NCBI GenBank assembly: GCA_041665505.1
Contig: JBAYIR010000005.1
Span: forward strand, 225-64,224
Direction: 5' to 3'
Length of the DNA stretch: 64,000 bases
Source: Patescibacteria group bacterium
Lineage (GTDB): Bacteria; Patescibacteriota; Patescibacteriia; UBA1558; GWA2-36-10
In this document: one piece after another, positions 1 to 9,958 of the stretch
Position numbering within the stretch: the first letter of the stretch is position 1
Layout of the letters: each line of letters opens with the position of its first letter
Program-made: the position numbers and the translations under genes
Notes under the pieces: generated by a model
Told to the model about the DNA's origin: nothing
Database searches by the model: none
The model's input: only the letters and a program-made list of their open reading frames with translations

Positions 1-456
1 CAAGAAATAGCTAGTCTTTATAATCCTTTATTACCAGCTCAAAGTTTGGTCGACTCAGGTCTGGTCACCAAGTTTATAAATGATAGCTATGCTTATAATA
101 TTTTGCGACCAAAAACTTGGTTAGTAAAAACTCTAGCTGATGTTTTGGATAATGTTCTAGTTTTACCAGATTCAGAAAGTGGTGAGTCATTTAGTATTTT
201 AGCCGAAGATAATTCAGCTGGTCAAACTTTAAATGAAGCTCTAGCTTCTCGAGCGACAGAATTGGGCAGTCCAGCTAATTACCAAAATTATTCTTTAGCT
301 GGTCAACCAGCCTTAAGGTCAAAAGATGGGAGAAATGTAATTAGTATTCATGGCAAGTATATATATGTGATATCTCATTCAGTTAGTCCTTCAGGAGAGG
401 TAAATTTTACCAATATTTTTGAAATGATGCTCAATAGTTTTGCTTGGGTAAATTAA
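1..456 (+). CDS. 3'-partial CDS, hypothetical protein (reading frame open from position 1)
   Basis: Frame 1 is open from nt 1 through the TAA at 454-456, so the ORF-track TTG at 46 is internal. No recognisable motif. Confidence 0.4.
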   Translation, partial: QEIASLYNPLLPAQSLVDSGLVTKFINDSYAYNILRPKTWLVKTLADVLDNVLVLPDSESGESFSILAEDNSAGQTLNEALASRATELGSPANYQNYSLAGQPALRSKDGRNVISIHGKYIYVISHSVSPSGEVNFTNIFEMMLNSFAWVN

Positions 457-473
457 TAAAAATTAAATAATAA

Positions 474-887
474 ATGACAGAGTTATTAAATATAAATAAA
501 AGAGGATTAGTAGCTGATTTTTCTTGGCTAGGAATTTTGGAAAAAATTATCAAGACTGATTTTAAATTAAAAAAACAAATATCCATTGCTTTATTAAGTG
601 ACAAAGAAATTCGTGATTTAAATAGAGTTTATAGAAAGAAGAATAAAGTAACTGACGTTTTGTCATTTAATATGGATAGTGATGAGATGCTAGGAGAAGT
701 ATTGATTTGTCTGACTCAAGCTCATCGTCAGGCGAAGGCTAAAAAAAATACTTATCGAGCCGAATTACAACTTTTGACTGTCCATGGTATTTTACATCTT
801 CTGGGCTATGATCATGAAAAAAGCCTAGTAGAAGAAAAAAGACAAGAAATGGCAGAGCATACTATACTGGAAAGATTAAGAAAATAA
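474..887 (+). CDS. ybeY: Endoribonuclease YbeY (rRNA maturation factor)
   Basis: 137 aa with the HGILHLLGYDHE zinc-binding H-x3-H-x5-H motif typical of YbeY. Sits directly upstream of dgkA as in Firmicutes-type operons. Confidence 0.9.
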   Translation: MTELLNINKRGLVADFSWLGILEKIIKTDFKLKKQISIALLSDKEIRDLNRVYRKKNKVTDVLSFNMDSDEMLGEVLICLTQAHRQAKAKKNTYRAELQLLTVHGILHLLGYDHEKSLVEEKRQEMAEHTILERLRK

Positions 888-890
888 TTT

Positions 891-1232
891 ATGGATTGGC
901 AATTTTACAAAAATTTTAGATTTGCTTTTCGTGGACTGAAAACAGTCTTTACAGCCGAAAAAACTTTTCGTTTACATACCCTAATTGCTATCTTGGTAAT
1001 TATTTATTCTTGGTGGCAAGGTATAGAAAAAATATATTGGGTAGTAATTTTAATGATTATTGCTTTGGTAATGGCCTTAGAGATTTTTAATTCAGCCATT
1101 GAAAGATTGGTGGATATGCTGGCTCCTCGTACTCATAATTTTGCCAAAGAAGTAAAAGATTTATTAGCGGCTATGGTGCTTTTGGTGTCACTTTTTGCCG
1201 CGGCTATAGGCTTTATTGTATTTTTGTGGTAA
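891..1232 (+). CDS. dgkA: Diacylglycerol/undecaprenol kinase (DgkA family)
   Basis: 113 aa with three TM helices and the conserved NSAIE motif. Confidence 0.8.
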   Translation: MDWQFYKNFRFAFRGLKTVFTAEKTFRLHTLIAILVIIYSWWQGIEKIYWVVILMIIALVMALEIFNSAIERLVDMLAPRTHNFAKEVKDLLAAMVLLVSLFAAAIGFIVFLW

Positions 1233-1286
1233 ATCATTTGGCAAATATGGATAATTTAGTTATAATTAGTAATCATAAGATATAAA

Positions 1287-2537
1287 ATGGTCAGCAACAA
1301 AGATATTATCACTGGTCTGGATATTGGTACTAATGCTATTAGGGTAGTTATGGGGCAAAAAATGCCCGATGGCCGCCTCAAGATCATTGGCGCAGCCGAT
1401 ACTCCATCGGAAGGAGTTATTCGCGGTAGCATCAATTCTATTGAAGATGCTGTTTCTTGTATTTCTGAGACTATAGAAAAATGTGAGCGCATGACGGGAC
1501 TGCGTATTGATAAGATGGTAGTCGGTATATCTGGGGGGCATATCAAGACCATTAGTAGTAAAGGAGTAGTAGCTGTAGCCAAAGCCAATGAACAAGTAGA
1601 AGATTCTGATGTGGAGAGAGCTTTGGAAGTAGCAGAAAATACTACTACGATGCCCAATTATGAAATATTACATGTTTTACCAATTAGCTATAATTTAGAC
1701 GATCAAAAAAACATTAGAGAACCACAAGGCATGAGTGGCGTGCGTTTAGAAGTAGAGACACAAGTAGTAATGGCTTTATCTTCTCAGGTCAAAAATATGA
1801 CCAAGGTGATTTATCGCACCGGAGTAGATATAGAGTTTATTGTTTTTTCAATTTTAGCCACAGCTGAAGCAGTTTTAACGACCAAGCAAAAAGAATTAGG
1901 AGTAGCTGTAGTCAATATTGGTTCAGCTACTACATCTTTGGCAATTTTTGAAGAAGGTAATATCTTGCACACAGCAGTTTTACCAGTTGGAGCTGGTCAT
2001 ATCACCAATGATTTGGCAATTGGGCTCAAAACCTCGGTGGAGGTGGCTGAAGCAGTGAAGATAGACCATGGTCAGGCTCTAAGTGGAGATATTTCTAAGA
2101 GAGATGAAGTAGATCTTCATAAATATTCGGAAGATGAGAAAAAAGGTTCTTATGTTTTTAAAAAAGATATAGCTGATATTGCTGAAGCACGACTAGAAGA
2201 AATATTTTCTTTAGTCAAAGATGAATTAAAAGTTATTGACAGAGATGGTAAATTGCCTTCAGGTATTGTACTCACTGGTGGTGGAGCCAAAATGCCTATG
2301 ATTGTTGATTTAGCCAAAGAAATATTAGAACTGCCAGTATTTTTGGGTATGCCAGTAGATAGCAATTTTCCTATTGATAAATTAAATGATACAGAATATA
2401 CTACAGCTCTAGGTTTAGTCTTATGGGCCAATAAAAATATGGAAAATGGTGGTAATTTTTTAAATAACATCTCCGCTATTGGCCAAAGCACAGATAAGAT
2501 GAAAAGATGGTTTAAATCTTTGTGGCCATCTTCATAA
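1287..2537 (+). CDS. ftsA: Cell division protein FtsA
   Basis: 416 aa actin-like ATPase. N-terminus GLDIGTNAIRVV..., and it sits immediately upstream of ftsZ. Confidence 0.9.
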   Translation: MVSNKDIITGLDIGTNAIRVVMGQKMPDGRLKIIGAADTPSEGVIRGSINSIEDAVSCISETIEKCERMTGLRIDKMVVGISGGHIKTISSKGVVAVAKANEQVEDSDVERALEVAENTTTMPNYEILHVLPISYNLDDQKNIREPQGMSGVRLEVETQVVMALSSQVKNMTKVIYRTGVDIEFIVFSILATAEAVLTTKQKELGVAVVNIGSATTSLAIFEEGNILHTAVLPVGAGHITNDLAIGLKTSVEVAEAVKIDHGQALSGDISKRDEVDLHKYSEDEKKGSYVFKKDIADIAEARLEEIFSLVKDELKVIDRDGKLPSGIVLTGGGAKMPMIVDLAKEILELPVFLGMPVDSNFPIDKLNDTEYTTALGLVLWANKNMENGGNFLNNISAIGQSTDKMKRWFKSLWPSS

Positions 2538-2565
2538 AATTATATTTATTTAAATTATAAAAATA

Positions 2566-3750
2566 ATGTTAAAAAAGAATATCAAAGAAGTAATACCTCC
2601 AGTCGAGACTTTTGCTAATATAAAAGTAATCGGTGTCGGTGGTTCTGGTGGATCAGCTATTAATCGTATGGTGGCTGCTAAAATTAGGGGTGTAGATTTT
2701 ATTGCTATAAATACTGATGCTCAGGCTTTACATAGTTCTATTGCACCAAATAAAATTCACATTGGCAAAACTACTACCAAAGGTTTGGGAGCGGGTATGA
2801 ATCCAGACTTAGGACTTAAAAGTGCTGAAGAAAATGAAGCTGATATCATTGGGCATCTACAGGGAGCAGATATGGTTTTTATTACTTGTGGATTGGGTGG
2901 TGGCACTGGCACTGGTGCAGCACCACTGATAGCCGATTTAGCCAGAGAAGCTGGAGCACTGACAGTAGCAGTAGTAACCAAACCTTTTACTTTTGAGGGG
3001 GTACATAGAAAAGATATAGCCGAAAGAGGTCTAGAAAAGTTGATGGATAAAGTAGATACTATTATTACTATTCCCAACGATAGATTGTTGCAGATTATTG
3101 ATAAAAAAACTTCTTTACTAGAAGCTTTTTCTATTGTTGATGAGGTCTTAAAGCAAGGTGTTCAAGGAATTTCAGAAGTTATTACTGTGCCCGGTCTAGT
3201 TAATGTAGATTTTGCTGATGTCAAAACTATCATGAGCCAATCGGGTAGTGCCCTAATGGGTATTGGTAATGCTAGTGGAGAAAATAGAGCTAGAGATGCT
3301 GCTAAAGCGGCTATAGATAGTCCGTTATTAGAATTGTCCATCAATGGTGCTACTGGTGTATTGTTTACTATCTCCGGCAGTAGTGATTTATCTATGTTTG
3401 AGGTCAATGAGGCCGCTGAAGTAATTACCGCCAACTGTGATCCAGAAGCTAGAATTATTTTTGGTACAGTGATTGACGAAGCCTTGGGCGATGAAGTAAA
3501 AGTGACAGTTATTGCCACTGGTTTTAAAGCCAATGACAATATGTCAAATAAATCTAGTGTCTCTTCAGAATTAAGTATGAGTCATCCCGAAGCCTTTGCC
3601 AAAAAATCAGAGGAAAGAAGAGAAAAACAGGCTTTTGAAAAAAGAAGAGATGATAGAGCTGAAGAAGAAGTAACAGAGTTACCAAAGAGTAAAAAAGAAG
3701 AAGAGCTTGATATACCAGCTTTTTTACGCAAAAAATTAAGAAGTAGATAG
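2566..3750 (+). CDS. ftsZ: Cell division GTPase FtsZ
   Basis: [13 protein letters not shown] and the tubulin signature [10 protein letters not shown], with an acidic C-terminal tail. Confidence 0.95.
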   Translation: MLKKNIKEVIPPVETFANIKVIGVGGSGGSAINRMVAAKIRGVDFIAINTDAQALHSSIAPNKIHIGKTTTKGLGAGMNPDLGLKSAEENEADIIGHLQGADMVFITCGLGGGTGTGAAPLIADLAREAGALTVAVVTKPFTFEGVHRKDIAERGLEKLMDKVDTIITIPNDRLLQIIDKKTSLLEAFSIVDEVLKQGVQGISEVITVPGLVNVDFADVKTIMSQSGSALMGIGNASGENRARDAAKAAIDSPLLELSINGATGVLFTISGSSDLSMFEVNEAAEVITANCDPEARIIFGTVIDEALGDEVKVTVIATGFKANDNMSNKSSVSSELSMSHPEAFAKKSEERREKQAFEKRRDDRAEEEVTELPKSKKEEELDIPAFLRKKLRSR

Positions 3751-3753
3751 TCG

Positions 3754-4221
3754 ATGAATTGCCCAGTTTGCAATCATAAAGATACCAAAGTAAGAGACTC
3801 TCGTCTTAGTGGCGAGGGTTTTAGTATTCGTCGTCGCCGTTTATGTCAAAAATGTCATTTTCGTTTTTCTACTATTGAAGAAACAGAGCTTTTGGATTTG
3901 ATAGTTATTAAACGTGATGGACACAGGGAAAATTATGATAAAGACAAATTAATTCGTGGTCTGAGGACATCTTTGGAAAAAAGACAATATTTAGCAGAAA
4001 ATTTTCATAAACTTATCAATGATATTGAAAGAGATATTCAAAAAACATCTAAAAATGAAATTACTTCCAAGCAGTTGGGTGAGATAGTGATGAAAAGATT
4101 AAAATCTTTTGATCAGGTTGCTTATATCAGGTATGCTTCTGTTTATAGGTCTTTCAAGGATGCTGAGACTTTTCAAAGGGAGCTTAATCAACTTTTAAAA
4201 AAGAAAAAAAAGATTAAATAG
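3754..4221 (+). CDS. nrdR: Transcriptional repressor NrdR
   Basis: N-terminal zinc ribbon CPVC...CQKC followed by an ATP-cone, 155 aa. Confidence 0.9.
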   Translation: MNCPVCNHKDTKVRDSRLSGEGFSIRRRRLCQKCHFRFSTIEETELLDLIVIKRDGHRENYDKDKLIRGLRTSLEKRQYLAENFHKLINDIERDIQKTSKNEITSKQLGEIVMKRLKSFDQVAYIRYASVYRSFKDAETFQRELNQLLKKKKKIK

Positions 4222-4269
4222 TTATACACTTGTCACTCCATTTTTTCTGTGATAAGCTCAGATTACTTT

Positions 4270-4470
4270 TACGAAGCATTTTAACAATCAAATCAGGGAA
4301 GTGAGGTGAGATTCCTCCACAGTCCTAGCTACGGTAGTCTGGTATTTGCCAGATGATAGTCCGACACCTGAGATATTTACTTTCTCCTAAGGAGAGAAGG
4401 GTTAAATTTATTAACAATCATAATAATTTTACCTCTGCTTTTCTTAGGCAGGGATTTTTTATTTTTTGTT
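4270..4470 (+). promoter_or_regulatory. Candidate cobalamin (B12) riboswitch with terminator-type expression platform
   Basis: AGGGAA (4295-4300) followed by GGTGAGATTCC, and a B12-box-like AGTCCGACACCTGAG at 4358-4372. A hairpin CCTCTGC...GCAGGG plus T-run at 4432-4467 lies just before the ATG at 4492. Confidence 0.5.
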
Positions 4471-4491
4471 TATAAAAATTATTATAATACT

Positions 4492-6267
4492 ATGAAAAAA
4501 TTTATTCTTACTATTTTTGCTCTAGTTATTTTTGTCAGCCCCAATTTGATTTTAGCTGATAATGACAATACTATTGCCTATTTACAAGGGCAAAGTCAAA
4601 ATACTTGGATTAGCCAAGCTTTGGCAGCTGCGACGGCGGGTGGCATTGATATTAGCTATCTTGATTATCAAACTACAGATTTGATGGCGGCCTCTAAAAA
4701 TATTTTGACTTTAGCAGCCGTTGAATCACAAGACACAGATAATATTAGACAATTATTATCAGTTATAGAGTCTAGCAAGAATAATGGTCAATTTGGTTCA
4801 AGTGATTTACTCAATGATGATTTTTGGGTTTTAATGGCCTTGGCCTCGGTCAATCAATTAGCTGACACAGACAGTGCTAAAAATTTTATCTTAGACCATC
4901 AAAATACTGATGGAGGCTGGAGTTGGTCAGCTAGTGGCACTTCAGATAGCAATGACACAGCCGCAGCTATTATGGCTTTACTTGATTTAGGTTTAGATAG
5001 TAGCTCAACAGCGATTGTTAATGCTTTAGCTTATTTACAGACTAGCCAAAATGCCGATGGAGGTTTTGCTTATGATCTTGATAGTAGCTCCGATGGAGCT
5101 TCTACGGCTTGGGTTATTGCCGCTTTAAATAAAGCCAATATTTCGGCTAGCTCTTGGCAAAAAGATAATAATGATCCAATATCTTTTTTGGAAAGTTTAA
5201 GACAAGATAATGGTTCGTTTTTATGGATGCCTAGTGACGGGCAAGGTTCAACTATGGTGACAGCTTATGCCTTAGTAGCTTTAAGTGGCAAAGCTTATCC
5301 TATAAATTATATAGATATAGCAATAAATGAAGAAGTACTTGGTGGGCATAGTTTGCGTATTGAAGGACCAGCTGGCACTATTTGCCTAGCCAACAATTTA
5401 GAAGCTACTACAGTTTTGGAATTATTAGAGGCAGGTTCTAATGTTTGTGATTTTGAATATATTAGTCAAGATAGTGCTTATGGTGTTTATATTTCAGCTA
5501 TTGATGGAGTAAGTGCCTCTGGTATGGATGGTTGGCAATATTTTGTCGATTGGCAAGCTGGTATGTTGGCTGTGACAGATTTTATTTTAGAAGATAATCA
5601 AGAAGTGTTGTGGGCTTATGGAGGTTGGCCTTTTTATCCAGTTAAATTGGAAGTAAATGATAGTCATTTTGAGGTGGGAGAGACTTTGATGGTTGATTTT
5701 AAATATTACAACGGAGAGTCATGGTTGCCTTTGGCGGGAGCGGGCATAGTTTTTGGGGCAGAGACTTATTCTACTGATGCCAGTGGTCAATTTAGTTTGG
5801 TTCTGGATAGTGAGGGAATTTTCCCTATTTTTTCTCAGCCTAGTAGCACTTATGCCAGAAGCAATAAAGAATATATAGTAGTCGGTAGTGGCATTTCTCA
5901 AACAGTTGATTTATCAGTTAATGTAGAATCTGATGATGGTGGTGGAGTAGAAGAGGATGATGTGATTGCTTTTAATGTGGATAGATCAAGTATTAATTTT
6001 GGTACTTTAAATCCTGGTCAAGCCGTTGATACTATTGTATCTTTGTCCAATACCGGTAACGTTAATATCTATATCGAAGCTAGTGTTTTAGGGGATCAAG
6101 TTTTTACAGACTTTACCAGCTTAGATCAAGATCAATGGTCAGACTATAATCTTGATTTAGCCACAGGCTCCAGTGAAGCAGTAAATGTGGGGCTAGCTAT
6201 TCCTAGTAGTTTTTCGGCTTTAGGTCAAAAACAAGGCCAATTGATTTTTTGGGGTATTAATCAGTAA
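4492..6267 (+). CDS. Secreted alpha/alpha-toroid repeat protein with transcobalamin-beta-like (DUF4430-like) C-terminal region; putative extracellular cobalamin-binding protein
   Basis: Signal peptide, then repeated QNTDGGWSW / QNADGGFAY / RQDNGSF motifs (prenyltransferase/terpenoid-cyclase-like toroid repeats). Later GMDGWQYFVDWQ...DFILEDNQEVLWAYG resembles the GW.Y.VNG...D.v.W.Y pattern of the transcobalamin beta-domain. A riboswitch-like leader lies directly upstream. Confidence 0.5.
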   Translation: MKKFILTIFALVIFVSPNLILADNDNTIAYLQGQSQNTWISQALAAATAGGIDISYLDYQTTDLMAASKNILTLAAVESQDTDNIRQLLSVIESSKNNGQFGSSDLLNDDFWVLMALASVNQLADTDSAKNFILDHQNTDGGWSWSASGTSDSNDTAAAIMALLDLGLDSSSTAIVNALAYLQTSQNADGGFAYDLDSSSDGASTAWVIAALNKANISASSWQKDNNDPISFLESLRQDNGSFLWMPSDGQGSTMVTAYALVALSGKAYPINYIDIAINEEVLGGHSLRIEGPAGTICLANNLEATTVLELLEAGSNVCDFEYISQDSAYGVYISAIDGVSASGMDGWQYFVDWQAGMLAVTDFILEDNQEVLWAYGGWPFYPVKLEVNDSHFEVGETLMVDFKYYNGESWLPLAGAGIVFGAETYSTDASGQFSLVLDSEGIFPIFSQPSSTYARSNKEYIVVGSGISQTVDLSVNVESDDGGGVEEDDVIAFNVDRSSINFGTLNPGQAVDTIVSLSNTGNVNIYIEASVLGDQVFTDFTSLDQDQWSDYNLDLATGSSEAVNVGLAIPSSFSALGQKQGQLIFWGINQ

Positions 6268-6272
6268 AAATA

Positions 6273-6836
6273 ATGAAAGCTTTTAAAATATTTTTATTTA
6301 TATTGTTTTTTCTGCCTCTGCCATCTCAGGCTGTTGGTATTTCTGTCCAGCCATCTTCTATAGATTTATTATCGCCAGACGTAGTTGAAAAAAAACTTAG
6401 TGTCAAAAATATTTCTAAAGAACCAATAGTAGTCCATATTTATGTAGATGATTTTTCGGATAATATAAACATAGAACCAAATGAATTTGAACTTTTACCT
6501 GAGCAAGTGACGTCAGTCAGAATTTCTGGGGATTTTAGTAATTTTTCAGCTGGCACCCAAAAAACCAATATATCAGTTTTGTCTAAGGCTTTAGACAAAA
6601 AAAGTTTTAATGCTATTTCTGGTATCAAAATTCCACTGAGCATTTATATAAATAAAGATTACTTTCAGTGGTCAGGTCCAGCTGTTTTTGTAGTGGTGTT
6701 TTTGGGTGGCCTAATCATTTTTTATCTATTTAGAGTTTTTGTTAGGATTTTTAGTAAGCAAAAAAAGAAAGGCCACTGGTTTTCCATTAATCTATTGGTC
6801 CATCATAAAAAAAAGAGCTGGTATAAATGGCGCTAG
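6273..6836 (+). CDS. Hypothetical secreted protein with C-terminal membrane anchor
   Basis: Signal peptide, a beta-rich middle, one C-terminal TM helix and a basic tail. Tightly linked downstream of the 4492 gene. Confidence 0.55.
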   Translation: MKAFKIFLFILFFLPLPSQAVGISVQPSSIDLLSPDVVEKKLSVKNISKEPIVVHIYVDDFSDNINIEPNEFELLPEQVTSVRISGDFSNFSAGTQKTNISVLSKALDKKSFNAISGIKIPLSIYINKDYFQWSGPAVFVVVFLGGLIIFYLFRVFVRIFSKQKKKGHWFSINLLVHHKKKSWYKWR

Positions 6837-6880
6837 GCATATAAAATAACAATAAGCTATTATTTTTTTAATTCTGCAAA

Positions 6881-6903
6881 CGTAGCCGAAGGGCTATTTT
6901 TTT
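6881..6903 (+). terminator. Intrinsic terminator
   Basis: Hairpin GTAGCCgaagGGCTA followed by TTTTTTT. Confidence 0.6.
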
Positions 6904-6996
6904 GCTATAATCAAGATAATAAAAGTTAATATATTTATTATTAGCTAGTAGTATTTGGCTTTTAGTAGCAATTTAATAGAATAAATAACAATTATT

Positions 6997-7359
6997 ATGA
7001 TGGACGAAGAATTAAAAAGAATTATCAACCAAAATCAAGAAACTTTGGCCGATATTGACAAAAGATTGCATCGTATTGAAAAAAAATTCGTTTGGAATGG
7101 TATTTTTGGCTTTATAAAAACTTTTATTATTTTAGCACCAATCATTGTTGGTGCTATTTACCTGACGCCAATTCTAAAAGATTATATCAAAATCTTTGAG
7201 CCAATTTTTAGAAACATGCCACTGACTTTACAGAATCTAAGTAATGCTTCTTCGCAAATAAATAAAGGAACCAATGAAGCATCTGGGCAAGTCAATGGTT
7301 TAGAGGCTTTCTGTAACCAAGAGTCTCGTCAAGCGATGGTTGACCAACTTTGTCAGTAA
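6997..7359 (+). CDS. Hypothetical small membrane protein
   Basis: 120 aa with one central TM segment. No recognised motif. Confidence 0.45.
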   Translation: MMDEELKRIINQNQETLADIDKRLHRIEKKFVWNGIFGFIKTFIILAPIIVGAIYLTPILKDYIKIFEPIFRNMPLTLQNLSNASSQINKGTNEASGQVNGLEAFCNQESRQAMVDQLCQ

Positions 7360-8455
7360 AAAAATATCAGTGGAAGAACTACGTACTAAAATAAAAGAAC
7401 TGCATTCTGAAATTTCCAAAGCTTTGGACATTTTGGATTTGGCCAATAAGAAAAATAAAGTAATAGCCTTAAAACAAGAGATGATTGCTCCTGATTTTTG
7501 GAATGATCAGGATAGAGCCAAAACAATTAGTCTAGAAGCTAGTGTTTTAGAAGGGCAGATTGATGTTTGGCAGACTTTAGTTAAAGAAGTGTCCGAACTT
7601 TCTGAGATGTCACAAGATAAACAAGCTGATGAATTATTAATTGATATCCAAAATAAATATCAAAGTCTTGACAGTCAATTTAAAGATTTATCACAGCAGC
7701 TTTATTTACAGGGTAAGCATGACCATTTACCAGCTATTGTTACTATCAATGCTGGAGCCGGAGGAGTGGATGCTCAAGATTGGGCACAGATGGTAGAAAG
7801 AATGTATCTTCGTTTGGCTGAAAAAAATAATTGGACGCTTAGTTATTTATCTCGTTCTATGGGAGCGGAAGCGGGTATAAAAAGTGCTACTTTCAAAATC
7901 AATGGTTTGTATGCTTATGGTTATCTCAAAAATGAAGCTGGTGTGCATCGTTTGGTGAGGCTTTCTCCATATGATGGCGATCACGCTAGACATACTTCTT
8001 TTGCTATGTTAGAAGTGTTACCAGAATTATTACAAACAGATATGGATATTAAAGATGATGATTTAAAGATAGATACTTTCAGATCTTCTGGTAATGGTGG
8101 ACAGTCTGTCAACACTACTGATTCAGCTGTTCGTATTACTCATTTACCAACCGGTATTTCTACTAGTTGTCAAAATGAAAGATCACAGTTACAAAATAAA
8201 AAACAAGCTCTTGCTTATTTATATGGTAAACTGCAAAAATATTATGAAGCAGAAAGAGAGGAAGAAAAAAAATTACTCAAAGGAGAATATACAGAAGCAG
8301 CTTGGGGCAATCAAATCAGATCATATGTTATCCATCCTTATAAAATGGTCAAAGATCATCGTACTAATTTTCAATCCAAAGACCCAGACAGAGTGTTAGA
8401 CGGGGATTTGATGCCTTTTATCAGAGCAAATTTGGAAAAAAATGTAGTGGCTTAA
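7340..8455 (+). CDS. prfB: Peptide chain release factor 2 (intact, no programmed frameshift)
   Basis: GGQ motif (SSGNGGQSVNTTDSAVRITH), N-terminal DFWNDQDRA, and an RF2-type tripeptide region reading SPY instead of the canonical SPF. No CTT-TGA-C shift site upstream. Confidence 0.85.
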   Translation: MTNFVSKKISVEELRTKIKELHSEISKALDILDLANKKNKVIALKQEMIAPDFWNDQDRAKTISLEASVLEGQIDVWQTLVKEVSELSEMSQDKQADELLIDIQNKYQSLDSQFKDLSQQLYLQGKHDHLPAIVTINAGAGGVDAQDWAQMVERMYLRLAEKNNWTLSYLSRSMGAEAGIKSATFKINGLYAYGYLKNEAGVHRLVRLSPYDGDHARHTSFAMLEVLPELLQTDMDIKDDDLKIDTFRSSGNGGQSVNTTDSAVRITHLPTGISTSCQNERSQLQNKKQALAYLYGKLQKYYEAEREEEKKLLKGEYTEAAWGNQIRSYVIHPYKMVKDHRTNFQSKDPDRVLDGDLMPFIRANLEKNVVA

Positions 8456-8515
8456 GATATTTTGTGCTATAATAAATATATGTTTGAACACTTAGGACCA
8501 GTTCCAGAAGTCAGG

Positions 8516-9958
8516 ATGAGTAAAAAAGAAACAAATTATAAATTGTATTTGAGTTTGTTATTTTTTTCAGTTGTTGTTTTTGTTTTTTCTATGGGTGTCA
8601 GTAGAGGGCCAAGCTCCAAGGCAGAGGAATCAGCTACTTTGTCAGCTCAGGTTTTTGTTGACTCAAGTGATAAAAAAATTGTCTCCACTGCCAAAAATTT
8701 TTCAGTTTTCGATTTCGTCATAGATATTAACCAAAATAATACCTCTCTTTATAAATTAAATATTTTAGCCAATGGTGTTTATGATTTAAATGTTATTGGT
8801 GATCTAAAATTATTTCACGAAGGTGTGCAGCTAGGTCAAATAGATAAGATGGATCAAAATGGTAAAATATATTTTGATTTAGCTGAGTATCAGCTCAAAG
8901 CTGGCAAAAATACATTCTCTTTATTTTTCAACAATGGAGATAGTCTTAGCCCAGGACTGGCTCTAAGTTTTAGTATTTCTGACCAAGAAGATATATTTTT
9001 GATTAAAGATGGACATGTGTTTAGACCACAAGCAGATTTTCCTATTGCTGGAGGCCTAGTATCAGTTTTAGAAAAAGGTGAAGCCTTGGCTTCTAATCTT
9101 TATGTAGTCAATGATTTTTTAATTAACTCTGATGTCCCACAACAAGTGGCTTCTTTTGAGCTTAGCTCTATTGGTGAAAAATTGGATCTTAGGCAAATAA
9201 AATTATCTTACCAAGATTTAGAGAGTGATGATTATCCAGATTTGGATTTTGTCTTAATACATAATAAGCAACCATTAGCTCAGGCCACCTCTAGGCAAGG
9301 AGAAATTATATTTGTTTTGCCAGAGACTATAATTCTTCAGGATTTACAAAGGGAACAATTTGATTTACATGTTATAGCAATGCCAGTTGGGCGTTATCAA
9401 TTTTTTATAAAAGATATTTTAGCTCAAGGAGCTCTATCGGGTTTGGATATTTCATTGCTTGATAAATTAGCTTTAAGTAGTGTCGAAGCTAGTAAGTATT
9501 TTATACAACTTCAAGCCGGTGATTTGGACAAAAAATTATCAGCTGGCTGGAATAAAATTTATAGTTTGAATATCAAAACCAAGGGTATAGATAAAGCTTA
9601 TTTAGATAGAATAACTTGGCAGATAGACAAACAAAATTTAGATATTGAGTCTGTGGAAATTTGGAAAAATGGTCAGCCTTATATTGCTAATGTGGTTTTA
9701 AAAGATAATATGATTATTGTCAAAACAGATGCTTCAAATCCTTTGGAGATTTCTCAAACCGACACTGAAATTTCACTTTTAGCTAATATAGTTAATTTAG
9801 AGCCAAAAGCCAAGATAGAAGCCTTTGTTTTGCCTGACTATCAGCCAATTGATGAAGATCTTCTTTTAGGTAATATTATTTGGTCAGATGGAGAGAATTT
9901 TTATAATAGTTATAAAATACCATATTTACCACTAGAGCCGAGTATTTTGGCTAATTAA
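8516..9958 (+). CDS. Hypothetical membrane-anchored extracytoplasmic protein
   Basis: Start taken at ATG 8516 (MSKKETNYK) rather than the ORF-track start at 8462. N-terminal TM anchor, rest without recognised motifs. An extended -10 TGCTATAAT lies at 8465-8473. Confidence 0.55.
   Translation: MSKKETNYKLYLSLLFFSVVVFVFSMGVSRGPSSKAEESATLSAQVFVDSSDKKIVSTAKNFSVFDFVIDINQNNTSLYKLNILANGVYDLNVIGDLKLFHEGVQLGQIDKMDQNGKIYFDLAEYQLKAGKNTFSLFFNNGDSLSPGLALSFSISDQEDIFLIKDGHVFRPQADFPIAGGLVSVLEKGEALASNLYVVNDFLINSDVPQQVASFELSSIGEKLDLRQIKLSYQDLESDDYPDLDFVLIHNKQPLAQATSRQGEIIFVLPETIILQDLQREQFDLHVIAMPVGRYQFFIKDILAQGALSGLDISLLDKLALSSVEASKYFIQLQAGDLDKKLSAGWNKIYSLNIKTKGIDKAYLDRITWQIDKQNLDIESVEIWKNGQPYIANVVLKDNMIIVKTDASNPLEISQTDTEISLLANIVNLEPKAKIEAFVLPDYQPIDEDLLLGNIIWSDGENFYNSYKIPYLPLEPSILAN

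Noticed and set aside
7300-7380. Programmed +1 frameshift site in prfB
   Set aside because: No CTT TGA C motif. The RF2 ORF is continuous from a TTG/ATG start, and the upstream 120-aa ORF is a separate membrane protein.
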